A stretch of 64,000 nt of DNA from Macrostomum hystrix (taxonomy: Eukaryota; Animalia; Platyhelminthes): contig CATNEN010000038.1 in assembly GCA_950097015.1 (NCBI GenBank), forward strand, positions 32,178,001 to 32,242,000. Direction: 5' to 3'. Below the pieces are notes generated by a model that was not told the DNA's origin, ran no database searches, and saw only the letters and a list, made by a program, of their open reading frames with translations. The translations under genes and the position numbers were made by a program. This document shows positions 49,636 to 62,600 of the stretch, piece after piece; position 1 is the stretch's first letter, and the number at the start of each line of letters is the position of its first letter.

Positions 49636-51320
49636 TTAGAACAACAATATTATCAGCACGCTTTTATGTTGCAACGAATCGGCTATGACCATAGACATTC
49701 GACATTAATGCACACAGTTTGCTACATTCATGAACGCTCGAACAGATGATATAGTGGCAATAGACATAAACTCAACCACAGTACACTATCGTCTTGTCTG
49801 TCAACCAATCAGTCACCACCCAACGCTGTTAGCATTCAGGCGCTGCAAAAGAAGTTTTCAGGGGGGCAATTTCCCCCACCCCTTGGTAAAAAATAGGTGG
49901 CAAAATGGCTTGGCAATCTGTTAATCCATGGCCATTAACGCCCACAATTTTCTGCCCGTTGGGGCAAAAAGGTCATGGTTAAATACCTCATACATTCAGT
50001 AGTACTTTCAATAGTACATATTTAATTGCTTAGTAAATTATATTGGTAACGAGTGCGCAGCCCGCTAAGTGCCCCTGTGCATCTGTGGTTCCAACTGGGT
50101 AATAAATGCTTACTATAAATTGCAATTTAATAAACAACAAAAATATAGAAATACAATTGTGTACAAGGGGGCACAATTAAAGTTCTGAGCCTCAACATGA
50201 AAATGAGGAGATATGGGCAAAGTGTTTGGAAGAATTGCACCAAGCAGTTGCAGCATCCTTCAGCGCGTCATCAGTCATCAGTGTCAAATCGCTGTCCATG
50301 GAGCGCCCGCTTGAGATTTGGAAACATGTGGAAGTCACTCGGGGCCAGGTCCGGTGAATAGGCCGGGTGCGGCAGCTCTCGGAACCCTGCGATAATGACA
50401 GCAGCCTTGGCAATCCTGCTGGTGTGGGCCGGTGCGGTGTCGTGCAGCAGCACAACACCACAGCTCAGCATCCCTCGCCTATTTTCCTTGATTGCCTCCC
50501 GCGCAGACGGGCGATCAGGTCAGCGTAGTAGGCGCCTGTGACTGTCTGCTTGTGCGGTAGAAAGTCCAGCAGCAGCGGGCCCTTGGCATCCCAGAAGACG
50601 GTCAGCATAATCTTGCCCACACTGCAGGCATTCCGTGCCTTCAGTGGTGCAGGTGAACCAACTGGCAGCCACTGCTTGGACTCCTGCTTGGACTCGGGAT
50701 CGTGGTGATGGATCCACGTCTCATCCCCGGTCACGCAGCAGGACAGAGAGTTTGCAGGGTCCGGATCGTAGGAGTCTAGGACAAGCCTTGAGTACTGCAC
50801 CCGTGCGGTCTTTTGGTCCCTTGTCAAGATTCGTGGGATCCATCTGGCAGAAACCTTGGACAGATGAAGGATGCTGGTGCAGGATCTCAATGACTTGCGG
50901 GTCAGAGAGTCCAGTGTCCGCCGCAAGTTCCCTGACTTTCACCCGCCGGTCACCGTCAACCAGAGCCTGGATGCGCTGGATGTTGTCGGCAGTGACAGCA
51001 GTCCGGGGTCTTCCACATCGGGGGGCCATCTTCGAGCGAGCCGCGGCCACGCTTGAACTCGGCTGCCCAGCGCTTGATGGTGGCGTATGAGGGGGCAGCG
51101 TCAGCGTGTACACCAGCCATGCGGCTTTGAATTTCAGCAGGCTTTGAGCCCTCCAGAGTCAGAAATTTGATCACTGCCCTGTGCTCAAGCTTCAATTCTT
51201 GAGAAAATTACATAGGGCGCTGGAAATATAATGGTGCAGTGGGACTTAGGGATGCAGGAAATTCAGAAAAGTTGACAATAGACTATTAACAGGTAACTAT
51301 TAACTATTAACTAGTAACTA

Positions 51321-52944
51321 TAGCATTTTGCAGTCAAGTTTGAACTGCGGGCATTCAAATTAGACAAGAAGGGAAGAGCCAAATTTCAGAATCCGTCCCC
51401 AAGTCAAGCAGAACTTTATGTCTGTGGCACAAACTGAAACACACTGACGGGCACTCAATTTAGACAACGGGCATTCAAATTAGACAAGCAGCGGAAAGTC
51501 CATGTGTGCCAGAGAGAAAGACCATGGACAATCCGATTCGTCGCTATGCAAGAATTTCCAGAGAGAAGCGTGACCTCATTATTGGGGCATGCCAACGTGG
51601 TGACTCTGTGGCTGAAATTGCCAACATGTTGGATGTCAAGAGATCATCAGTGTACAACATCTGGAACAAGTTTGTTCAGGATGGCCAGCGATACGCGCTA
51701 CCAAGGGGAGGAGCCAGGCACCGTCGAATGAATCCTGCAATGAAGGACCATCTGGCCGCCTTGTTGAATGCCAACCCTCTGATGACACTCGGGCAAATGC
51801 GGGAATCGCTTCTGTCTGAGTTTCCCGCAATACCAACGATTGACATTTCAACAGTCTCTCGAGCACTGGATGGACAACTTTTTTCGATGAAAATCCTGTC
51901 AAGAGATGGCGATGTACCTGAAGCGAGAAATTCGCATGAGGTCAAGCAAAGACGCGTTGAATTCGCCAACTGGCTCGTGGATTTGTCGGTCACGACTTGC
52001 CTGGTCCATTTAGATGAGACCGGCTACTGCCTCTGGACCCGGCGAACCAAGGGAAGGAGTCCGCGTGGAGCCAGGGTGAGACGGACTGTGCATACGCAGA
52101 GAAGTCCATCACTGAACATGATCATGGCCACGTCGCCGGCATTGAACCTCGTTCACTACAGACTGGATTCCGGTAGCACCACACGTGAGAGAGTCCAGGA
52201 ATTTGTGACCAACCTATGTGAAAAGATTGCAGAGAATCTGGAAGAGAACCATTCGTGCGTCATCGTGCTGGATGGTGCCCGCTTTCACCACGGATAGCAA
52301 ATCCCGGAGGTTTGGTTTTGTCGAATTGAACTGAAGATCTTACCACCTTACTCTCCTTTCCTGAACCCAGTTGAACTGGCTCACAGTGACTTTAAATCAG
52401 CAGTCAAGAGGCAGCTGTCCAATCCTGAAGTTCAGAGAGAATTGGCTGTTCCGCCTCCTGACATGACTGCCGTTCAATGGAGACTGATGGTGCTGCAGAG
52501 GTGCGGGGAAATCGCGATGGATGACGTGACTCCACTGAAGTGCGTTCACTGGTATCAGCACACGCTCCGCTTCATCCCACGCTGTCTTGGCAAATGAAGA
52601 CATCGTTTGAATTCTCTATCAGATGAGACTCTTGTGAGACTCTTGTTCATTGATGTGCTGAGCACCCTGTTTTGTTTGTTCACACATGCTTACTTTGTTA
52701 TAACTTGTTCTTATCTTCATAGTTCAGGGTTCACAGAATGGTTGTCTGACAACAGACGCAACACGATCTTGAATTACCCAGCCAATGCGCCTGAGAACTT
52801 GTCTAATTTGAATGCCCCTTGTCTAAATTGAGTGCCCACCAGTGTGATTTTGTCTAGGCCATAGATAGCATTTGTGCCAGCAGTGAGATCTGGTAAAGCG
52901 TCTAATTTGAATGCCCGCAGTTCAAACTTGACTGCAAAATGCTA
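51321..52944 (+). mobile_element. Second IS630/Tc1-like DD33E element nested in the mariner
   Basis: Perfect ~45-bp TIR TAGCATTTTGCAGTCAAGTTTGAACTGCGGGCATTCAAATTAGAC with TA flanks and repeated GGGCATTCAAATTAGACAA motifs. Confidence 0.95.
51524..52598 (+). pseudogene. Transposase with an in-frame TAG (52295-52297)
   Basis: Collinear with 46920..47996; reading continues QIPEVWF..LPPYSPFLNPVE..HTLRFIPRCLGK after the stop. Confidence 0.9.
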
Positions 52945-53231
52945 TATTAACTTTTAGAGCCTGAAGTTTCAGCACTTTGCCACTATAAGATCTTGGTCAG
53001 GCTCAGAACTTTTTAATGCCCCTCGTATAAAGTACAATATATTTTACATGATAATTATTGGTTATCAATTATTGGCTTACTTTTAAAGCTTGTCGTTCCA
53101 TCACTCTTATCCATAGACAGTGAATTAAAGAATGGTGCAAATTTGTTTAGACTGCATGTGTGCACCCTTACGAGACAGAATTACTTCTCAAACGCTTTTG
53201 ATTTTGCATTTATAACGGACTTTATTTAATA

Positions 53232-54967
53232 ATGAGGCCTAGTTTATTGACTGCAGCAAGCGCGATTAGGCAGCCGCAGCAGCCACACCAGGAACAACAA
53301 CAACAACAGCAGCAGCAGCAGCAACATGAACGACAACAACAACAGCAGCAGCAGCAGCAGCAGCCGCGGACGCTAAATATGACAGAGTATTTTTTTAACT
53401 TTAACTTTTTTAATATGTATAGGACAAGTATGAGGGGCGAGTGGGTCAGCGGCTAACGTCGCTGCCTCGCACTCCAAAGGACGCTATTTCGATTTACCCT
53501 TCAAGTCACGATTAATTTCGGGGCTTGTTGGGGTTTGGACAGTAGCGACCGGCGGAGGTGCACCATATTTCGTGCAATAAAAGCTTGAAATAATAGCTTC
53601 GCTCCTACCTTTCTGTGTGCCTGTTCTGCGTTGCGTGAGTTGTGTGCGTTGGCGCTGGGGCGTGAGACCTTGCGGGGGGTGGCTGGAGGGCGGGTGTTCA
53701 CCGCCGCGCGCCTTCTGGACTTCCGTCAGCGCGATTGGATAAGTGTACACTCATCACCTGGTCCCCCCCTGAGGACTGATTTCTTATCAGCCTTCGGCCC
53801 GGCTTGGTCTGCTATGTGCGTGTGGGGCTGGGGTGGGGGGCACTGCTGCCTATTCTGGGTGCCTCCTGCCCTCCCCGGCTGGTCTGTGCTGCTGTGTGTG
53901 GTGCCTGCTCAGGGGAGGCGGCGCGATGGGCGCAAAAGCGCCTAGTTCGCCGGTCTGGGGGCGTGCCGCTCCGTCACTTGTGCGACAAGTGCCCCGGGCC
54001 CCCCTGCAAAATAGATAGAATAGATAGATATGACAAGTATAATATGTATAGGACAAGTCGAATATGTATAGGACAAGTATAATTTGCATAGGACAAGTAT
54101 AATATGTATAGGACAAGTATAATATGTATAGGACAAGTATAATATGTATAGGACAAGTATAATATGTATAGGACAAGTATAATATGTATAGGACAAGTAT
54201 AATATGTATAGGACAAGTATAATATGTATAGGACAAGTATAATATGTATAGGACAAGTATAATATGTATAGGACAAGTCGAAGATGTAGAGAACATCCTT
54301 TGTCCAACAAAAATCCTAATTCATTGCCAGACTGCCTTCTATATTTATCGGGCTTCGCTTGAATATTCAACAAGCTGACAATGCCGAGAGGACTGACGGG
54401 CCTCGCTTGAAGATTCAACAAGCTGACAAAGCCGAGAGGACTGACGGGCCTCGCTTGAAGATTCAACAAGCTGACAAAGCCGAGAGGACTGACGGGCCTC
54501 GCTTGAAGATTCAACAAGCTGACAAAGCCGAGAGGACTGACCTAGTGGAAATGTTCCAACTAGTCGACCAAAACAAAGACGGCCTCATAGATTTTGCCGA
54601 CCTAGACCGATTATTCAAACATTTGAACATTTTTGTCAGCCAAAATGAGATCAACGCCATGATTCAGGCTCACGACCCGCGGCAGGTGGGGGCTGTGGAT
54701 CTAGACAATTTCTGTTCAATGATGAGCCAAGCAAACAACATGCAGCTACAGCTGCAGGCTGAGTTATCTCAGGTGTTCAATGCCCTCGACAAGACTGGAA
54801 GCGGACTAATTAGTAGAACAGATGTCAGACAGGCGCTTCAGCTGGTGGAGTCCGGCTTTTCTGAGCACGATCTGGATGAGATGTTCTTAGCCTTGGACAC
54901 CAACAAAGACGGTCAAATTTCAGCTGAAGAATTCACTGCTGCTGCCAGATACCTGGCCCGCAGATGA
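53232..54967 (+). CDS. Calmodulin-like EF-hand protein with probable polyQ first exon and 17-aa repeats
   Basis: EF loops DQNKDGLIDFAD, DPRQVGAVDLDN, DKTGSGLISRTD and DTNKDGQISAEE in 54550-54967 are well supported. The proposed join 53232-53386 to 54331 (phase 2, GTATTT..CCAG) is less certain. Confidence 0.75.
53432..54030 (+). mobile_element. GC-rich SINE-like insertion with ATAG-repeat tail
   Basis: tRNA-like head (GAGTGGGTCAGCGG..TTCGATT) and tail ATAGATAGAATAGATAGATA; splits a 20-bp array, leaving one unit at 53411-53431. Confidence 0.55.
54032..54280. repeat. 20-bp minisatellite (ATAATATGTATAGGACAAGT)
   Basis: Directly visible. Confidence 0.95.
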
Positions 54968-55193
54968 ACTAGTTCTTTGCATTATAATAAACAGTCTATT
55001 TTCCATGCGACTCTTGGCTGCTTTAATGAAAGTTTTAGAAAAAAATACGAATACTTTGCTCATTAGGCAAAGGCATTATTTAATTTCATAACAATTGTTG
55101 TCAACTTTCTTCAGTTTATTTTCCTTCATGACTTTTAGTTGTACGGTTTTCGTCTGCTCTGGCAGCTCATTCTCAAGTGCGTAGTAAACCTGA

Positions 55194-55934
55194 TCACAAC
55201 CGGAACTTGACCCAGTCAGCGCTCGTCTCGATCTCCTCTTCCACCTGAGCGTCAGTGAACAGCAGCAGACGGCAGGTGCTCAGCCTGCTGTTGTACAGCG
55301 CGTGTCTGCAGCTGCCCGACCTCATGGCAGCCGCCACGCAGTGCACAGCATTCCTCACCTGCAGCAGGTCAGAGTAGCAGTACTCAGAGCTGGGATTGTA
55401 GCTGGTGCGCTTGAACGGAGTCCGCTGCCATGCGGCACTGGCGGCAGGCTTGGTCGGAGCAGCGATGAGCTCGCAGCCGAATCCACGCAGACTTGAGCAC
55501 TGACGGTCAACGATCTTGCCGTCTGCTGCTTGAGTCTGAAGTACACAGTCCTGATTGCCGCTATTGTCGGGCTCATTAGAGTACCACAGCGAATCGTCCA
55601 GAGGTAAAATTCCTTTGTCATAGATCATCCGCCAGCCGGACCTGCTGCTGCCTCTCTCATCAGCCATGTCGGTCACTCCGAGCCAGAGGAAGCAGCCGCA
55701 TTTGAAGCTCGGCATGCTGCCCATCAGCTTCAGCGAGCTGTACGAGTTGAGCAGCTCGCCTCCGATCGACTCACACTGCCGATTGGCTGAGCACCAGCTT
55801 GAGCTCTGAGCTGTGCTCACGAACACGCACCTGCCGGCCTCCAGTTTGTATGGAGTCGGGCAGCTCAAAGACTGCCAGATCAGAAGCTGAGCGATGAAAA
55901 ATCGATGCAGGCAGTTCATCAGAGTAGGACTCAT
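55194..55934 (-). CDS. Secreted C-type lectin + PAN/apple-like domain protein, paralogue 2
   Basis: Collinear with 45229..45978; EPDN loop; ATG at 55934 or 55919. Confidence 0.88.
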   Translation of the reverse strand: MSPTLMNCLHRFFIAQLLIWQSLSCPTPYKLEAGRCVFVSTAQSSSWCSANRQCESIGGELLNSYSSLKLMGSMPSFKCGCFLWLGVTDMADERGSSRSGWRMIYDKGILPLDDSLWYSNEPDNSGNQDCVLQTQAADGKIVDRQCSSLRGFGCELIAAPTKPAASAAWQRTPFKRTSYNPSSEYCYSDLLQVRNAVHCVAAAMRSGSCRHALYNSRLSTCRLLLFTDAQVEEEIETSADWVKFRL

Positions 55935-56628
55935 TGTTGCGCTTGGCCTCACAAATTGCTGCTGTCTCACAGGTCAGGCTTTTAATGATTTGACATGAAT
56001 TATATGCCAATTTAGACACTATCTGAATGTTTGTTATCTGCAAATGGCTAAGATAGATGCTTTCCACTCTAATGCAGCTGATAGTTGTAATACGAGATTG
56101 AAGTGCTTTGAAATGTTCACTTGTCACTTGATCGCACTATTCTCTCATCTTGTGTGACTGTCAGGTCAGGGATCTCAAACCAGTCTGTGATTACTAAATG
56201 CATTAGCTGAATCATTTTAACCTGTCAATCATTTCAAGCTATCAAACCATTTAGCTCTCCATTGGAGATGCAATTTAGGCATTTTAAACTGCTTTCAAGT
56301 AAAAAAGTTACATTTGTTTTTAAGTTAGTATGGCAACTCTTGTCATGCTTTTAAAAGTTAAGTTATTATGTGTATTTACATGCCATGACCTGACATTGTC
56401 TGCTCGAAATGGGTGTCTCAAAATGTGCAAATAACATTTGGTCTCTTTATGGGGTACCTTAGTTTCTATGAGGTCTTTTACTACGGTAGTAACAATTGTG
56501 TTAAAAATGAATATTTTCTGTGCACCTGTATGTAGACAAGAGCAATTTGCACTACTATCTATCTGTAGATTGAGTAGTATGCTATGGATTTAGAGTAGGA
56601 AAAACGTTTTTTAAGGATATCTGGAGAA

Positions 56629-59600
56629 TCAAGCGGCAGCGAGGTACTCAGTCACGATGCAGACTTCATCCTCCGCGGCAGCCAATGTACGATCGATAAG
56701 AGCAGTGCCTAGCTCATTGTGAGGAGGTGAATCGGTCTGAAATTATTGAACAGGATACAGGTTAAGGCACTGTCGAGCACGTCAGGGCACATTCTAACAG
56801 GTTATGACACTGTATAAGAGGTTGGGTCACTGTCTAACAGGTTGGGTCACTGTCTATCAAGTCGGGCTACTGTCTAACTTTTTGGGGCCCTATCTAACAG
56901 GTTGGAGCAGTGTCTAACAGCTTGGGCTACTGTTTAACAGGTTGGAGCAGTGTCTAACAGCTTGGGCTACTGTTTAACAGGTTGGAGCAGTGTCTAACAG
57001 GTTGGAGCAGTGTCTAACAGGTTGGAGCAGTGTCTAACAGGTTGGAGCAGTGTCTAACAGGTTGGAGCAGTGTCTAACAGGTTGGAGCAGTGTCTAACAG
57101 GTTGGAGCAGTGTCTAACAGGTTGGAGCAGTGTCTAACAGGTTGGAGCAGTGTCTAACATGCAAGGAAGCCTACCTGAAGCTCCCACGGATCTTCCAGCT
57201 CGTCGCCGTGCTGTCGAGTCAGTCTAGGAAGAAATTTTCTGTCATGACCGTCAGCCGCGTCAGCGTCGGCGCCAGTACCTCCGTTGTTTATCATAGCAAC
57301 AGCCTGACCGTTGTCAAGGAAAACAATGGCAGCGTCCTCCGCAATGGGATCTAGCCTGGATGAGGACCCGGATGTTGAGCCGGCGGCGGCGGCGGCGACT
57401 GAGCCGCCGGAGCCGAAGGCGGCGTTCAACGAGCGCCTGTGATGCGACGCCGCGATGCCGCCGAAGATTCCAGCAGACATGGCAGCCATAGACTTCAGGG
57501 CGTTGCTGGACTGCTGCTTGCTGATGCACACGACTGCGGGCGGGAATTCAGATGGCGTCGACTTCTGATTGAACAGACGTGGCCGGTCGTGCAATTTTTC
57601 GACCATGAGGGCCAAAGACACGATGACAGTGCTTAACAGTAGACTAGGGGATGTATTTCAAATACCACATTTTTCCTATTTTCTTAATATCCTTAGAGTA
57701 GTAGACAGTAGAGTAGACAGTAGAGTAGACAGTAGAATAGTAGAGTAGAGTAAGTAGACACTACCTCCCGATTTGGGATCTGGGCTGGACCTGATGGAAG
57801 GAATTGAAAATAAAACGGGAACTGGCCACACACATTTTGGCTTGCAGTTGGATATCTGCTCCTCGCTGGCCCCCAGCTCTCGGCAGAGGTCCTCCAGCAG
57901 GATGGCGTGCTTCTGCGAAAGTGAATTTTTTTTACTTTAGGTCTGATGTGCTTTGCATAATCGAATTTCCTGTTTTCTGTCAAGGTAGTTTTGGGTGGTC
58001 TTCTTGGTGTGTAAGCTCTTGTGTTTATACTGGCCTTTTGACTGCAACTCCTGACGTGATTCTTGGTTAGAATTGTTCGATGATTCTAGCGAAGAATCCT
58101 GCAACGATTCCTGCTACGATTCCTGCTTCGATTCCTGATACGATTGCTGCTAAGATTCCTGATACGATTGCTGCTAAGATTCCTGATACGATTCCTGCTA
58201 CAGTTACTGCTATGATTCCTGATACGATTACTGCCAAGTTTCCTGCTACGATTCCTGCCAAGATTCCTGCCAAGATTCCTGCAACGACTCCTGCTACGAT
58301 TCCAGATACGATAGCTGCTACGATTCCTGCTACGATTCCTGCTATGATTCCTGCTACGATTCCTGCTACGATTATGCCAAGATTCCTGTCACGAATTTAG
58401 CTGTAGTTTTAGCTATGGTTGCTCCCTCGATTTCAGATACGATTTCTGCTTTGATTGCAGTAGTAGCAGTGAGGCTAATATTCCTTCGATACTATTCTAC
58501 TGAAGTAGCTACGGTTACGTGAACGATTCTAGCTGACCGTCTTGCTGCGATTCCTACGACGATTTAGATTTTATTCTAGCTACGATTCTAGCTACGATTC
58601 CAGATACGATTCTAGCTACGATTCCAGATACGATTCTAGCTACGATTCCAGATACGGTTCTAGATATGATTTCAGCTAGAATTCTAGCTACGATTCCAGA
58701 TACGATTCTAGCTTCGATTCCAGATACGGTTCTAGCTACGATTCCAGATACGATTCTAGCTACGATTCCAGATACGATTCTAGCTACGATTTCAGATACG
58801 ATTCTAGCTACGATTCCAGATACGATTCTAGCTACGATTCCAGACACGATTCTAGATACGATTTCAGCTAGAATTCTAGCTACGGTTCCTTGTACGATTC
58901 TAGCTGCGATTCCTGCTGCGATTCCCGTTTTGGGCTCACCTCCTGCAAGTCCCTATCATTCTCCAGCGATTCGCACTTCATCTCGGAGATTCTTCGCGCC
59001 CGCTTCTGCAGTTGAATGCGAAACTCGTCACGCTGTTTCTCGTGCATCATCAGGCCTGTCAAAAGTTATGTTCGGTAAACTATAATTTGTGACGTGTTTC
59101 ATTACAGTGTCGTACCGAGTTGGCGTAGCACATGTTGGCCAGGCATTCTCAGTTTTTGTTAGTTTTAACTTTTTGAGTTTACGTTAGAAATGGTTTTATT
59201 TTGTTTCAAATGCAGCCTGCAGCCAGCGACGAGTCAATTCCAACCATTTGGCTGACTCCTGAGCACACACGCACACGGATACCGTACTCAGGCATACACT
59301 AACACAGTTGTGTACATCTGACCTAACTTTCTATCTCGTGTACACTTACAATGTACCTTTGGAGGTGAAATAATTTCAAGTCCTATACACACTGGCTGAA
59401 TCTGTTTACATTTTCAAATCCAGTTTTTTGTTTAAATGATATCGATCGAGTGATTCTGCTAGAATCTCGTTAATGTTTCTTTTGGTAAATGCATCGGGGA
59501 TGCGTTGAGAAAAGGGGGAGGGAATGTTTCTTGTTTGCCTCTCAGCGTCCTCTGCATCGCGTCTCGCATGATAAACAGCCAATCTAGCAGTGTTAGCTAA

Positions 59601-62600
59601 GGCATGCAGGCCTGCACTGGTGAAAGTGTGCCTCTGATCTAGAGTATTTTACGAACTCACGACAAGCCCGCATAATGCTCTGGAAAGAATTTCACCTTTG
59701 CTTTGTCTTTCGACTCGTGTCGGCTACTCTTCTTACTCAGTTGACACGCCTAGCAACAACACGCATCAACTCAGACAAGCTCACGAAGTCGCAGCACTGA
59801 GTAATCGGACCCAGTCTTTCCATGCTCATAGAGGCAGCTTAGGCAGGTTAGCCTACATCTCTCATACTCTCATAGACTCAGTCCCCATTATTATCAGGAA
59901 AAAACTGACTATAGACCATGGGCAAGTTAGGTCTGTGCTGTGTGATTTTGAAATTCAGTTTTTTTGTTCGAGCGTCTATCTGAACTCTAACAAAACGCTG
60001 TTATTATCTTCTGTTTAAAGGAGTAGATTGTGTATTGAGTCACTAGGGAGTGGGTAGTGAGTAGTACTATACCTGTGTATAATACCTGCGTTGCCATGAA
60101 TAACTCTATGGCCCAAAATCTAAGTATCCTCCTGATAAGTATCCTCCTACGATTCCTGATACGATTACTGCTATGATTCCTGATACGATTGCTGCCAAGA
60201 TTCCTGCTACGATTCCTGATACGGTTCTAGCTACGATTCCAGATACTATTCTAGCTTCGATTCCAGATACGGTTCTAGCTTCGATTCCAGATACGGTTCT
60301 AGCTACGATTCCAGATACGATTCTAGCTACGATTCCAGATATGGTTCTAGCTACGATTCCAGATACGGTTCTAGCTACGATTCCAGATACGGTTCTAGCT
60401 ACGATTCCAGATACGGTTCTAGCTACGATTCCAGATACGGTTCTAGCTACGATTCCAGATACGGTTCTAGCTACGATTCCAGATACGGTTCTAGCTACGA
60501 TTCCAGATACGGTTCTAGCTACGATTCCAGATACGGTTCTAACTACGATTCCAAATATGGTTCTAGCTACGATTCCAGATACGATTCTAGCTACGATTCC
60601 AGATACGGTTCTGGCTACGATTCCAGATACGGTTCTAGCTACGATTCCAGATACGGTTCTAGCTACGATTCCGGATACGGTTCTAACTACGATTCCAGAT
60701 ATGGTTCTAGCTACGATTCCAGATACGATTCTAGCTACGATTCCAGATACGGTTCTAGCTACGATTCCAGATACGGTTCTAGCTACGATTCCAGATACGA
60801 TTCTAGCTTCGATTCCAGATACGGTTCTAGCTACGATTCCAGATATGGTTCTAGCTTCGATTCCAGATACGATTCTAGCTACGATTCCAGATACGATTCT
60901 AGCTACGATTCCAGATACGGTTCTAGCTACGATTCCAGATACGGTTCTATCTACGATTCCAGAACGGTTCTAGCTACGATTCCAGATACGGTTCTAGCTA
61001 CGATTCCAGATACGGTTCTAGCTACGACTCCAGATACGGTTCTATCTACGATTCCAGATACGATTCTAGCTACGATTCCAGATACGGTTCTATCTACGAT
61101 TCCCGATACGGTTCTAGCTACGATTCCAGATACGGTTCTAGCTACGATTCCAGATACGATTCTAGCTACGATTCCAGATACGGTTCTAGCTACGATTCCA
61201 GATACGGTTCTATCTACGATTCCAGATACGGTTCTATCTACGATTCCAGATACGGTTCTAGCTACGATTCCAGATACGGTTCTAGCTACGATTCCAGATA
61301 CGATTCTAGCTACGATTCCAGATACGGTTCTAGCTACGATTCCAGATACGGTACTAGCTACAATTCCAGATACGGTTCTAGCTACGATTCCAGATACGAT
61401 TCTAGCTACGATTCCAGATACGGTTCTAGCTACGATTCCAGATACGGTTCTAGCTACGATTCCAGATACGATTCTAGCTACGATTCCAGATACGGTTCTA
61501 GCTACGATTCCAGATACGGTACTAGCTACAATTCCAGATACGGTTCTAGCTACGATTCCAGATACGGTTCTAGCTACGATTCCAGATACGATTCTAGCTT
61601 CGATTCCAGATACGGTTCTAGCTACGATTCCAGATATGGTTCTAGCTACGATTCCAGATACGGTTCTAGCTACGATTCCAGATACGATTCTAGCTACGAT
61701 TCCAGATACGGTTCTAGCTACGATTCCAGATACGGTTCTATCTACGATTCCAGAACGGTTCTAGCTACGATTCCAGATACGGTTCTAGCTACGATTCCAG
61801 ATACGGTTCTAGCTACGACTCCAGATACGGTTCTATCTACGATTCCAGATACGATTCTAGCTACGATTCCAGATACGGTTCTATCTACGATTCCCGATAC
61901 GGTTCTAGCTACGATTCCAGATACGGTTCTAGCTACGATTCCAGATACGATTCTAGCTACGATTCCAGATACGGTTCTAGCTACGATTCCAGATACGGTT
62001 CTATCTACGATTCCAGATACGGTTCTATCTACGATTCCAGATACGGTTCTAGCTACGATTCCAGATACGGTTCTAGCTACGATTCCAGATACGATTCTAG
62101 CTACGATTCCAGATACGGTTCTAGCTACGATTCCAGATACGGTACTAGCTACAATTCCAGATACGGTTCTAGCTACGATTCCAGATACGATTCTAGCTAC
62201 GATTCCAGATACGGTTCTAGCTACGATTCCAGATACGGTTCTAGCTACGATTCCAGATACGATTCTAGCTACGATTCCAGATACGGTTCTAGCTACGATT
62301 CCAGATACGGTACTAGCTACAATTCCAGATACGGTTCTAGCTACGATTCCAGATACGGTTCTAGCTACGATTCCAGATACGGTACTAGCTACAATTCCAG
62401 ATACGGTTCTAGCTACGATTCCAGATACCATTCTAGAGGATAAGTACCCTCGCTAAGTGCTCACCCAGACTTAGGCTCAAATAAAGTTATTCATGTTATT
62501 CATTGAAAACCTTTCCACCGCTTACCATTAATCACTCGAACAATGCGCCACAATAGAAACAGCACAATCACCGATACCTCGGACGATTCCAGCTTAACGA

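Larger units (their letters stand above)
50164..53025 (-). mobile_element. Frameshifted mariner (DD34D) with nested insertion upstream of its ORF
   Basis: TA-flanked imperfect TIRs (..AAGTTCTGAGCCT / AGGCTCAGAACTT..); fragments in 51195-50190: EHRAVIKFL, WIPRIL, VTGDETW, LLHDTAPAH, YSPDLAPSDF. Confidence 0.92.

Noticed and set aside
57765-57790. 26-nt microexon in the Hv gene
   Set aside because: It is phase-compatible, but a simpler direct join 57834 to 57533 also works; undecidable without cDNA.
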